Source: Vicinamibacteria bacterium (GTDB lineage Bacteria > Verrucomicrobiota > Verrucomicrobiia > Verrucomicrobiales > Akkermansiaceae). Taken from it: a stretch of 56,514 bases of DNA. A program made the translations under genes and the position numbers. Within the stretch, counting starts at the first letter, position 1. Every line of letters starts with the position of its first letter. Below, one piece after another: positions 9,628 to 18,469 of this stretch. Under the pieces are notes generated by a model. It had not been told where the DNA came from, did no database searches, and saw only the letters and a program-made list of their open reading frames with translations. The stretch lies in assembly GCA_964194815.1 (NCBI GenBank), contig CAXMOB010000359.1, positions 1 to 56,514 of the forward strand, read 5' to 3'.

Positions 9628-11061
9628 ATGCTCGAATTTAAGGATATCCAAGCATTCATACTTAGCGGCTATGGCCACCAAACTTATTCATGCTTCTACT
9701 TTTACCAAATCAATGATGCTTCACAGGCCCGTCAATGGCTCAACAGCCTTGTGCCCAAAGTAACTCACGCGGAACAACGTGATCCTGACGCGGAGAAACC
9801 GCCCACGGCTATTAATTTAGCCTTCAGTGCCGGCGGCTTAACCGCACTAGGGATTGATTCGGAGACCCTATCTTCATTCCCAAGAGAGTTCACTGGCGGT
9901 GATAATTTTAGTGGTTCCGCTAACCCAATGTCATCAAATGAAAGTGCCGATCTGCTACAAGACTGGGGCGACAGTGCCCCTGATAATTGGCAATTTGGCG
10001 GTCCCCAAAATGCTCCTGCACATGTTCAGTTGATGTTCTTTGCGACCACTAAAGAGGAGCTAGAGACCCTCTGTAACCAACACAAAGGAAACGACTCTCA
10101 CGGCGTTACTGAAGTCTATCAACAACATTCCAACAGAAGTGGGGATCGCGAAGCATTTGGCTTCCACGATGGCATCTCGCAACCTGGTATCATTGGTTCC
10201 TATATTCCGACTAAACCCGGTCAACGGTCAGTCAACCCTGGTGAATTCATCTTGGGTTACGCCAATGCCTACGACCAAAAACCACCTAGTCCAACAGTAT
10301 CCAACAGTAAAGACCCTCTGAACATCTTACCTGACAATGGAGAAAACCAGAGGGATCTTGGCAAGAACGGCACCTATCTGGCCGTCCGCAAGCTGGAGCA
10401 ACATGTTGATGCATTCTGGGACTTCTGTGCCGAGAAAACCAAAAACACTGACGGTTCTAACAATGAGGATAAAAAGACCTGGTTGGCCTCCAAAATGATC
10501 GGTCGCTGGCCCAGTGGTGCCCCCTTGGCACTGTGTCCGATGAAGGACGACCCCGCGATCGGTGCCGATCCACTGCAAAACAACAACTTCGTCTATTCTG
10601 ATGATCCCAATGGCTTGGGCTGCCCAATGGGGGCACACCTGCGTCGAGGCAACCCGCGCGATAACTTACCACCTGACAGCATCGAAACGTCTATCAAAGT
10701 GACGGATAGACACCGGATCATTCGTCGTGGCCGCCCGTATAATGATGCCGATGGCAACGAGCAAGGCCTCATGTTTATGGCGGTAAATGCGGACATCCAG
10801 CGCCAATTCCAATTTGTGATGCAGACCTGGATTAACTCTCCAAAGTTCGGCCTAATGGACGAGAATAAAGACCCGATTCTATCTGGTCCCAAGTTGCTCG
10901 CCCCAGCTCCCAATGGCTCTAAAGAAAGCGTCATGGTAATCCCTCAAGAGCCGGTCCGTCAACGCATCAATGGGCTTAAACGCTTTGTCGATGTCCGCGG
11001 TGGCGGCTACTTCTTTATGCCGGGTATCAAAGCTCTGCAGTTCATCACCTCTAACCAATAG
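9628..11061 (+). CDS. DyP-type (dye-decolorizing) heme peroxidase
   Basis: FGFHDGISQP (GxxDG), NGTYLAVRKLEQHV, GRWPSGAPL, proximal His in AHLRRGNPR, distal Arg in IIRRGRPY. Confidence 0.92.
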   Translation: MLEFKDIQAFILSGYGHQTYSCFYFYQINDASQARQWLNSLVPKVTHAEQRDPDAEKPPTAINLAFSAGGLTALGIDSETLSSFPREFTGGDNFSGSANPMSSNESADLLQDWGDSAPDNWQFGGPQNAPAHVQLMFFATTKEELETLCNQHKGNDSHGVTEVYQQHSNRSGDREAFGFHDGISQPGIIGSYIPTKPGQRSVNPGEFILGYANAYDQKPPSPTVSNSKDPLNILPDNGENQRDLGKNGTYLAVRKLEQHVDAFWDFCAEKTKNTDGSNNEDKKTWLASKMIGRWPSGAPLALCPMKDDPAIGADPLQNNNFVYSDDPNGLGCPMGAHLRRGNPRDNLPPDSIETSIKVTDRHRIIRRGRPYNDADGNEQGLMFMAVNADIQRQFQFVMQTWINSPKFGLMDENKDPILSGPKLLAPAPNGSKESVMVIPQEPVRQRINGLKRFVDVRGGGYFFMPGIKALQFITSNQ

Positions 11062-11092
11062 ACCCTCAAAATCTAATATTCAAATCAACACT

Positions 11093-12433
11093 ATGCCTAC
11101 AAAAACCACTTCTTCAAACCATTCAGTGCTTCACGGGCTTTTGAGTGATGCCCTTTCTCTTGGAGGAAAGATCAAAACGGAAATTCACGACGATTTCCTC
11201 AATCTACGCGAAGTCTTCTCAACTCATGCCGAGCACATAATAGGCGAACCCAAGCTGATCCGGCCAGTCTTCAGTTTTATGCGTAAGCATGAGCCACTGT
11301 TTGTTACCCACAAACTCGCGATTGTGTCGAAATACGATGATGCAATAGAAGTTCTTAGTAATGAGGAGTGTTTCAGTGTCATCGACATCTATGCAGAAAA
11401 GATGATCGAGACAACTGGAATCTTTGTTCTAGGAATGGACGACACTAAGCCTTACCAGCAAGAGATTGCCTGGATGCGTGCAGCAGTCAAGCGAGAAGAC
11501 ATTGCCCGCCTCAAAGTGCTTGCTACCGGCATCACTGAGCAGCAAATCAAAATAGCAAAGGCCTCAGGAAAAATCGATATTGTTACCAGCTTGAGCAAGC
11601 TAGTTCCTACAGAGTTTGTCGGGCAATACTTCGGAGCTCCAGGACCAGATCAAGTCACCACACAGCGTTGGATGCGTGCTATCTTCCGTGAAATCTTCCT
11701 CGATCTAGGCAATGATCCAACATTCCGCGAACAAGCTCACAATGCCGGCAAAGAGCTGGTAGCTTACCTCACTGACTTGGTCGAGACTCGAGTCTCGCAA
11801 CGCAATGCTGGTGTGACTCTCCCTGACGATTTTCTTTCTCGACTCGTCGAACTACAGGCAGATGATGCAGAACTAACGAACCAGACAATTACTCGACTTG
11901 TAGGGGGCACCATCGTCGGCACGGTACCTACCAATAACAAAGCTATCGTGCAGTCGTTAGATGTTTTACTTAAGCACCCGGTAGCCTTTTCTCTAGCGTC
12001 CGAAGCCGCCGCCAGTGGTGACACCGAATTAGTGACTCAATGTATTTTTGAGGCATTGCGCTACAACCCTCAGAATCCACTCCTTCTTCGCCATTGCATA
12101 AAGGATTGTGTAGTTGCCGCCGGAACTAAGCGTGAGAAAATCATTAAGGCAGGTAGCATGGTCATCGTTGGCACGGAGTCAGCGATGTTCGATGAGGACA
12201 AGTTCCCACAACCCAACGAGTTTATGGCAGATCGTCCAATGGAGAACTACATCCACTTCGGAGTGGGGCAACACACCTGCTTCGGCAAGATCATTAGCAC
12301 CATGCTCTGGCCTGCTGTGCTCTCCCCACTCATCCAGCTGAAAAACTTGCGCCAAGCAGAAGGATCTGCAGGTAAAGTGAAGTTCGACGGGGCCTTTCCC
12401 GATCATTGGACACTCGCCTTCGACACCGAATAA
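11093..12433 (+). CDS. Cytochrome P450 (atypical I-helix)
   Basis: K-helix EALR and heme-binding HFGVGQHTCFG. ATG 11093 (MPTKTT) avoids overlap with the DyP gene. Confidence 0.92.
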   Translation: MPTKTTSSNHSVLHGLLSDALSLGGKIKTEIHDDFLNLREVFSTHAEHIIGEPKLIRPVFSFMRKHEPLFVTHKLAIVSKYDDAIEVLSNEECFSVIDIYAEKMIETTGIFVLGMDDTKPYQQEIAWMRAAVKREDIARLKVLATGITEQQIKIAKASGKIDIVTSLSKLVPTEFVGQYFGAPGPDQVTTQRWMRAIFREIFLDLGNDPTFREQAHNAGKELVAYLTDLVETRVSQRNAGVTLPDDFLSRLVELQADDAELTNQTITRLVGGTIVGTVPTNNKAIVQSLDVLLKHPVAFSLASEAAASGDTELVTQCIFEALRYNPQNPLLLRHCIKDCVVAAGTKREKIIKAGSMVIVGTESAMFDEDKFPQPNEFMADRPMENYIHFGVGQHTCFGKIISTMLWPAVLSPLIQLKNLRQAEGSAGKVKFDGAFPDHWTLAFDTE

Positions 12434-12451
12434 CATCCACCGACTTCACCG

Positions 12452-12901
12452 ATGACGATTTACGATTTCGCATTCTATGCCGTTAGCTATTTAGCGGTGC
12501 CTTTATGGCTGATGATGATACTTCTTCCAAAATGGAAAATAACGTCATCTGTGTTGGGTTCCCCATACATTATTCTACTGTTCACGCTGCCCTACGCACT
12601 ATTGGTGCTACCACACTTCAGCGACATTTTGCTGTTTCTTCAGCCAACACCTGAGAAAATTGAGGAGCTACTCCAGCGGCCCTATAGTGATGTTCTTGCA
12701 TGGATTCACTTTATCCCACTTGACCTATTCGTCGGTCGTTGGATTCACTTCGATAGCCAACGACTCAAGCTGCCCCAGTTCTTGATGATCCCCGTGCTCA
12801 CACTATGCTTCCTGCTTCCGCCACTCGGAATCTCGCTCTATCTCATCATTCGATTCGTCATGAAGGGAAATGCTGCTGACTCTATAAATTTGCCCACCTA
12901 G
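12452..12901 (+). CDS. ABA4-like / DUF4281 membrane protein
   Basis: Four hydrophobic segments, PLWLMMILLPKW, and the family-type motif AWIHFIPLDLFVGRWI. Confidence 0.8.
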   Translation: MTIYDFAFYAVSYLAVPLWLMMILLPKWKITSSVLGSPYIILLFTLPYALLVLPHFSDILLFLQPTPEKIEELLQRPYSDVLAWIHFIPLDLFVGRWIHFDSQRLKLPQFLMIPVLTLCFLLPPLGISLYLIIRFVMKGNAADSINLPT

Positions 12902-12904
12902 AGA

Positions 12905-13972
12905 ATGCATATTTCAGCAAAAAAAACAGCTACGACCTCTTTGGAGGAGCATGGTTCATTCACTCCTGAGATAGCTCTCTGCCTTAGCTATCTAGCCTAC
13001 TCGGGCTCCCAAATCCCAAAAAATCTGTTTCTGAATCCAGATTTACGGGCTCAGTATTTGATTGAATCCACCTTACCCAAAATCACTCCTCTCTGTGTCA
13101 ATCAACAGCAGGGTGTGCCAGAGTGGAAAATCGTATGGGGCCTCGCAACCTATATGTTTCCAAATGGCGTCTATCAGGATAATGCGATGTTTGTGGTGCA
13201 AAAAACTACAACTCCCACCGACTATGCTGTGGTGATCAGAGGGACTAACAGCGTAGCAGTACTAGACTGGATTGAGGAAGATCTCAGGGTGTTTCGGCAA
13301 GAAAAATGGGAGACGCTACAACAAAACGCAGGGTCGCCAAAGGTCTCTAAAGCGACTGCCATCGGGATGGACGTGCTGCTGCACAAGCTAACACCTGCGA
13401 GAGGTAATCCTGGAGAAGGTCAATCACTTACCACATTTCTCAATCAGTTGGCGGCCACTGGACGATGTAATATTCTCTTCACTGGACACAGCCTCGGAGG
13501 AGTGCTCGCCACGACTCTCGCTCTGTGGTTCCGGCAATTCCAGACTATCTCCAATCACTGGGATCCTACTACTAATGCCCAAATTTCGGCCATCTCATTT
13601 GCTGCCCCAACAGCAGGAAACCCTGATTTCGCCAAGCTCTCTGACAAACTACTGAAAAACTGCTGCCTACGTTTTTATAACACCTTGGACATCGTCACGT
13701 ATGGTTGGAACAAGCAAATGCTATCTGCTGTTCGAGGGCTTTATCAACCAGGAGGTATCGAAATGAACGAAGCTGAGAAACTTTTGCTAGATGCACTGCT
13801 ACTCGTCTTAAACGACTACCAGCAACTCGACACCGGAGAAGCACTTACTTGGGACATTCAATCCGAAAAGCAATACCAGGGTTTTTTCGCACAGGCTGGA
13901 ACTCAGCACTTTGACTCCTACGCCTCCTTGTTCGGCCAGTCCGAATTAACGACAATCATTCCGCGTCTCTAG
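12905..13972 (+). CDS. Lipase, class 3 family
   Basis: VVIRGTN oxyanion region, nucleophile elbow TGHSLGG, FAAPTAGN, NTLDIV, C-terminal His (QH). Confidence 0.85.
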   Translation: MHISAKKTATTSLEEHGSFTPEIALCLSYLAYSGSQIPKNLFLNPDLRAQYLIESTLPKITPLCVNQQQGVPEWKIVWGLATYMFPNGVYQDNAMFVVQKTTTPTDYAVVIRGTNSVAVLDWIEEDLRVFRQEKWETLQQNAGSPKVSKATAIGMDVLLHKLTPARGNPGEGQSLTTFLNQLAATGRCNILFTGHSLGGVLATTLALWFRQFQTISNHWDPTTNAQISAISFAAPTAGNPDFAKLSDKLLKNCCLRFYNTLDIVTYGWNKQMLSAVRGLYQPGGIEMNEAEKLLLDALLLVLNDYQQLDTGEALTWDIQSEKQYQGFFAQAGTQHFDSYASLFGQSELTTIIPRL

Positions 13973-14206
13973 ACAGTTTTAATGCCATTGTATCGTGGGG
14001 TAAAGCCTGCACAGATTTTGCCGAAGGATCTATCAAGATTATTTTAAATGGTGTCAAGGAGCCCCTCGCCCCCAAACATTGAACCTAGGTCCTGCATGTT
14101 TCTGCTCAAGACACGTTTTAAATAATCAGCTTTGGTGTGAGCTATATACTTAAGATATATTGTTAGTCTAATGAGCAGAATGCCCGCCTTGACACTCCAA
14201 GTTGTA

Positions 14207-15934
14207 TTACACGATTGGGGATGGTAACGGGTCGATACCGAAATGCTTTAGCATAATATCTGCTGAGCGAAGGGATCCCTGGACCCATCCTTGCATATCA
14301 GAAAACGCCTCGTTACAGGTGTAGATGCCATCAACTGGATTCGCAAGAAGCTTCATTACATTTCGGTCGTCAGCATTGAGAGCCCATTGGTGCACGGCAA
14401 AGCCGAAGTCTGATTCAGCATTCCACAAGCGGAAGCTTGTCATGATTGGTTCAGGGATTGTTGGGAAATTGAAGATTTCTTTGAATTGTTGGATTGCTTC
14501 TGCTACAACAGTTTGTGATGCAGGAAATACCGTTTGAGCTTCTTTATTGTTCTGCACTTCTTGTAGCGGTGAAGTGAATTTGGGTCCAATGTTTTGTAGG
14601 CCGTGCCAGAAGTTAGTGTTGTCCCAGTCGCAGTAAATGGTGAGTGCTGCAGGTCGTTGCAGGCGCTCTTGCATTGAAGCTTCATCTGTTCCGGTGACGC
14701 CTGTGGTGTAGAATGGGTAGACAGCGTTGGCAGGAAGGTCTGTGAAGTTAGGTCCGAATTGGACTGATGTTTGACCCGTTAGGTCGGAGTCAAGCCACCA
14801 AGGTGTGCGGAAGTATAGGTTAATTTTTAAGAGCGGTTGTTCGGTGGTAGTTTGAAGAGCGTCCCAAATTTCTTTCGCGTTGTCGGCCTTATTCAGGACA
14901 GATGATGTGACGAATGCTTTTTCGAGTGCTCTACGTGCAACGGCTAGAATCAGCCTTCCGCCTGTGCCTTCTGCAGGTTTTCCTCCTTCGATAAATGGGG
15001 AGGCATTGACTCCGTTAGGAGCTACAGTTAGGTGAACTTTAAATTTACCGCAGTCGCTACGTTCGATATTGTTAACATTTGTTGATAGGTGTATGTCGGC
15101 ACCCATTTCTATTACTTTTTTGTAGATTGCTTTAGTCAGTGTGCTAAAACCGTCGACAAAGGTGTGGAACTGAGGGGCTGATGGGAAATCCTTGAGCAGC
15201 TGGAATGCCTCTCCTGCATTCATAAGTGAGAGGTATGGGCCAGCGAAGCCGAGAGCGTGTGAAAGAAGAACGATTGCTTCCTCACTATAGCCCATGTCAC
15301 GAAGTAGTCCCCAAAGTTGCCATTTGTTTAGTTTTACTCCCTTCCACTCGTAGTCCAATCTGAAGGCCTGCCAATATTCAGGGGTGAGTTCAGCTTCAGT
15401 AGGACGCGTGAGCTCGCCATTTTGTTTGAGAATGGAAAGGAATGCAGAATCGAGGATGGAGAGTGGAGATCTGTCTTGCTCATTGGGGCTGAGATTATAG
15501 AGTTCTTTCCAGACGGAATCGTTTCCTTCTGCAATTTGTTTGTTGTTCATGCTGTGGCCACGCACACAGATCCGATTACCTTGGGTTTCGCTTTTCATGG
15601 GGAAGGGGACAATTTCTTTCATGGGGATGCCAAGTTCATTAATGAGAGCAATGAGTTCTGTCATTTTGTAGGTGAATCGCATGCCACCTTCTTCTTCTTT
15701 TACGGTATATTCGGCATTCTGGTCAGCCATGAGCAATCCACCACCGATCGGGAGGAACATTTCTTTGGTGTCCTCATCTACTTCAATAAGATCTGATTGG
15801 AGGCGGCCTCCGAAGCGGTTTAGTCGTTCATAAATAACGATTTTTTGCTCTGGGTTCTCTTTAAGAATGCGATAGGCTGTATACAGTCCAGCAATGCCGG
15901 ATCCGACGATGATGATGTCAGTCTCTTTAGTCAT
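14207..15934 (-). CDS. Flavin-dependent amine / L-amino-acid oxidase family protein
   Basis: IVGSGIAGL Rossmann motif, ERLNRFGGRL, EGGMRF, C-terminal CNEAFSDMQGWVQGSL. Confidence 0.85.
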   Translation of the reverse strand: MTKETDIIIVGSGIAGLYTAYRILKENPEQKIVIYERLNRFGGRLQSDLIEVDEDTKEMFLPIGGGLLMADQNAEYTVKEEEGGMRFTYKMTELIALINELGIPMKEIVPFPMKSETQGNRICVRGHSMNNKQIAEGNDSVWKELYNLSPNEQDRSPLSILDSAFLSILKQNGELTRPTEAELTPEYWQAFRLDYEWKGVKLNKWQLWGLLRDMGYSEEAIVLLSHALGFAGPYLSLMNAGEAFQLLKDFPSAPQFHTFVDGFSTLTKAIYKKVIEMGADIHLSTNVNNIERSDCGKFKVHLTVAPNGVNASPFIEGGKPAEGTGGRLILAVARRALEKAFVTSSVLNKADNAKEIWDALQTTTEQPLLKINLYFRTPWWLDSDLTGQTSVQFGPNFTDLPANAVYPFYTTGVTGTDEASMQERLQRPAALTIYCDWDNTNFWHGLQNIGPKFTSPLQEVQNNKEAQTVFPASQTVVAEAIQQFKEIFNFPTIPEPIMTSFRLWNAESDFGFAVHQWALNADDRNVMKLLANPVDGIYTCNEAFSDMQGWVQGSLRSADIMLKHFGIDPLPSPIV

Positions 15935-16257
15935 GTGGTTCTATTGGTATTGTTGTTTGTAGTAATCGGATAATATCCCAATTGTGTCAGACAATTGCTG
16001 ATGATTCAGAAATAAAAAGATTAAACTTCTTGCTGCTGATGATTTTTTTGAAGTGAAGTTGATATTTTATATCATTGGTCCTGATTTAGTGTGCAGTAAC
16101 GGGATTGCATAGACAAAGGTTTAACGATGTTCACCGTGCCGACGGATACTAAGGGTGTTATGATAGGTGAGGAACTGAATACCTTGGGGCTTCGAGGAGA
16201 GTGGTAATTTTACATGTAATTTACACGTAAATGAGTTTTTCTGTGTAGCTTTGAGCT

Positions 16258-17214
16258 ATGAAATTCATCTTGCTCGTTGTTATATCAGTTACTATCGGAG
16301 TTTTGAATTCCTTACATGCGAAGAGTGCTATCGAAGCAAAGTGGGTCTTCAAAAAAGTATCGGCCAATTCTAGGGTAGGGACACTTTCGTTATATTTACA
16401 TAACACATCAAAGAATGAGGAGAGACTGAAGACAGGTATAACGAACTCTAAGCCAAGCGAAATGTTTCCTCCTGTGTCAGCTGGCTATGGAATGAGTATC
16501 ATGTCATCAGGTAAGCTACCGTCTCCGACATTATCGCTAAAGAGAAAGAATGAACTAAGCAGGACTATTGAACTTCCTAAAGTGTCAGTCCTTAATCCTC
16601 TTGGTGACAAGATGCCCAAGGAAATGAATCAGTATCCTTCTGTGATCCTATTTAAAGCAGGGGAATCGAAATTATACTATAGCTGTGAAATCCCTATTTC
16701 TTGGTTTCTAGAGGAGGTGGATATCGGTGGCTCGATAGACTTCCCAGCACTAGTGGGTAAGGGATCTGTTAAGATTGTCGTATCAAGTTTTGAAAGGAAG
16801 CAACTTAGAGCAGATAAGATGGTTCATCAAAAATCGACTTTGCTGGATGTAGTAGGAAAGCGGACAGCTGTTGGTAAGGATGTAATTAATTATCCAAGCA
16901 TGAGGGGAGCTAAAATTGCATTTGAATATATCGAAGAAGAGCAACTTAGTAAAACTGGTTATTTAGAGTTAAATGATGTCACCGCTAAAGCGATTGTAGG
17001 GCGTGGCTATGTGAATCCCAATGGCTACACGCCCTTGCTTTGTCTAGTATATGAGGGAATGTGGCCTAATCTAGAAGCTTATACTATCGAAGGTAAATTG
17101 TATGTGTATACGTATACTTTGAAGAGTCCACGGAACGAGCTGACTCCAGTGGTGATTTTACTTAAAGATATTCCTCAGGAAGTGATTACGGTGCTGGATC
17201 ACCAAGGGTGGTAA
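16258..17214 (+). CDS. Hypothetical exported protein
   Basis: 318 aa ORF with signal-peptide-like N-terminus (MKFILLVVISVTIGVLNSLHA). No recognised motif. Confidence 0.6.
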   Translation: MKFILLVVISVTIGVLNSLHAKSAIEAKWVFKKVSANSRVGTLSLYLHNTSKNEERLKTGITNSKPSEMFPPVSAGYGMSIMSSGKLPSPTLSLKRKNELSRTIELPKVSVLNPLGDKMPKEMNQYPSVILFKAGESKLYYSCEIPISWFLEEVDIGGSIDFPALVGKGSVKIVVSSFERKQLRADKMVHQKSTLLDVVGKRTAVGKDVINYPSMRGAKIAFEYIEEEQLSKTGYLELNDVTAKAIVGRGYVNPNGYTPLLCLVYEGMWPNLEAYTIEGKLYVYTYTLKSPRNELTPVVILLKDIPQEVITVLDHQGW

Positions 17215-17274
17215 AACTATCGGTGGTAGGCCAAAGAACCGGCACCTAGAGATGCCGTCTACCTGCTTGCCATT

Positions 17275-18432
17275 TTAGCCTAGACGACCTTTGAAGTCGT
17301 TGTAACTGAACTCTCTAACGACGGTTGTTTCTTCGCCACGCTTGAGGGCGATAGATGGGAGTGGGACGCCGTTAAAGGTGGTGGTTTTGACCATGGTGTA
17401 GTGGGCCATGTCATCGAAGGTGAGGCGGTCACCAATGCTTAGTTCCTTAGGGAAGCTATAGCCTGTGAGGTAGTCGCCAGCTAGACAACTTGGACCACCG
17501 ATCGTATAGTTGTGAGGGTGCACTCCTTGTTCAGCGGCTGGGGAGCCATCGGCAGTGAGGATGTCTGGTCGGTAGGGCATTTCCAGAGTGTCTGGCATAT
17601 GAGCGGTAGCTGAGACGTCGAGGATAGCAATTTTGTTTTTTCCATTCTCTACGATGTCGAGAACTGTTGATTCTAACACACCAGTGTGAATGACGACAGC
17701 TTCCCCTGGTTCGAGCCAGATGTCAGTGATGCCATAACGTTCCTTGATGCGTTTGATGATCTTGACGAGTTTGACGCGATCGTAATTTGGCTTAGTGATC
17801 CAGTGCCCGCCTCCCATGTTGAGCCAGGTGATTTCAGGGCGTGTTAGGATATCGCCGAAACGATGGTCGATCGCTTCTAAGGTTGATTCGAGGTCATCTG
17901 TGTATTGTTCACAGAGCGTGTGAAAGTGGAGACCACTGATGCCAGTGAGGTCGAGGTCACGAATGCTGTCTTTAGTCGCACCAAGACGGGAGGTTGGGCT
18001 GCATGGATCGTATTTTGGTGTCGATCCGGTGGAATGCTCAGGATTGATACGGATGCCAAATTTTAAGTCACCAGATAGGTAGCGAGGATGACGAAGTGAT
18101 TTGTCACGAAATTGAGCCCATTGACTTGCTGAATTAAAATCGATGTGCGAGGAAATGTTGAGCAATTGGTCGAGTTCATCTTCCTTATAGGCTGGAGAAT
18201 AGCTCAGTGTATGCTTCCCCATGTGTTGGTGAGAAAGCATGGCCTCGTGTAATCCACTGGCACAACAGCCATCGAGATACTTTCCTATAAGTGGAAAGGT
18301 GTGCCAAAGGGAAAACGCCTTCAAGGCTAGAACGATGTGGCACTCTGCCGCATCGCGAACTTGCTTGAGAATCACAAGGTTAGATTCGAGCTTATCGAGG
18401 TCGACGATGAATACCGGCGTGTTGATAGACAT
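17275..18432 (-). CDS. nspC: Carboxynorspermidine decarboxylase
   Basis: LALKAFS (PLP Lys), YDPCSPTSRLG, GLHFHTLCEQ, NMGGGHWIT, HMPDTLEMPYRP, HYTMVKTTTFNG. Confidence 0.93.
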   Translation of the reverse strand: MSINTPVFIVDLDKLESNLVILKQVRDAAECHIVLALKAFSLWHTFPLIGKYLDGCCASGLHEAMLSHQHMGKHTLSYSPAYKEDELDQLLNISSHIDFNSASQWAQFRDKSLRHPRYLSGDLKFGIRINPEHSTGSTPKYDPCSPTSRLGATKDSIRDLDLTGISGLHFHTLCEQYTDDLESTLEAIDHRFGDILTRPEITWLNMGGGHWITKPNYDRVKLVKIIKRIKERYGITDIWLEPGEAVVIHTGVLESTVLDIVENGKNKIAILDVSATAHMPDTLEMPYRPDILTADGSPAAEQGVHPHNYTIGGPSCLAGDYLTGYSFPKELSIGDRLTFDDMAHYTMVKTTTFNGVPLPSIALKRGEETTVVREFSYNDFKGRLG

Positions 18433-18469
18433 GAAAACCTTCTTTGTTTGTAGGTTGAGATGATTGGAA

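Noticed and set aside
10970-11092. P450 start overlapping the DyP gene
   Set aside because: It would overlap DyP by 92 bp with non-P450-like sequence. ATG 11093 is more plausible.
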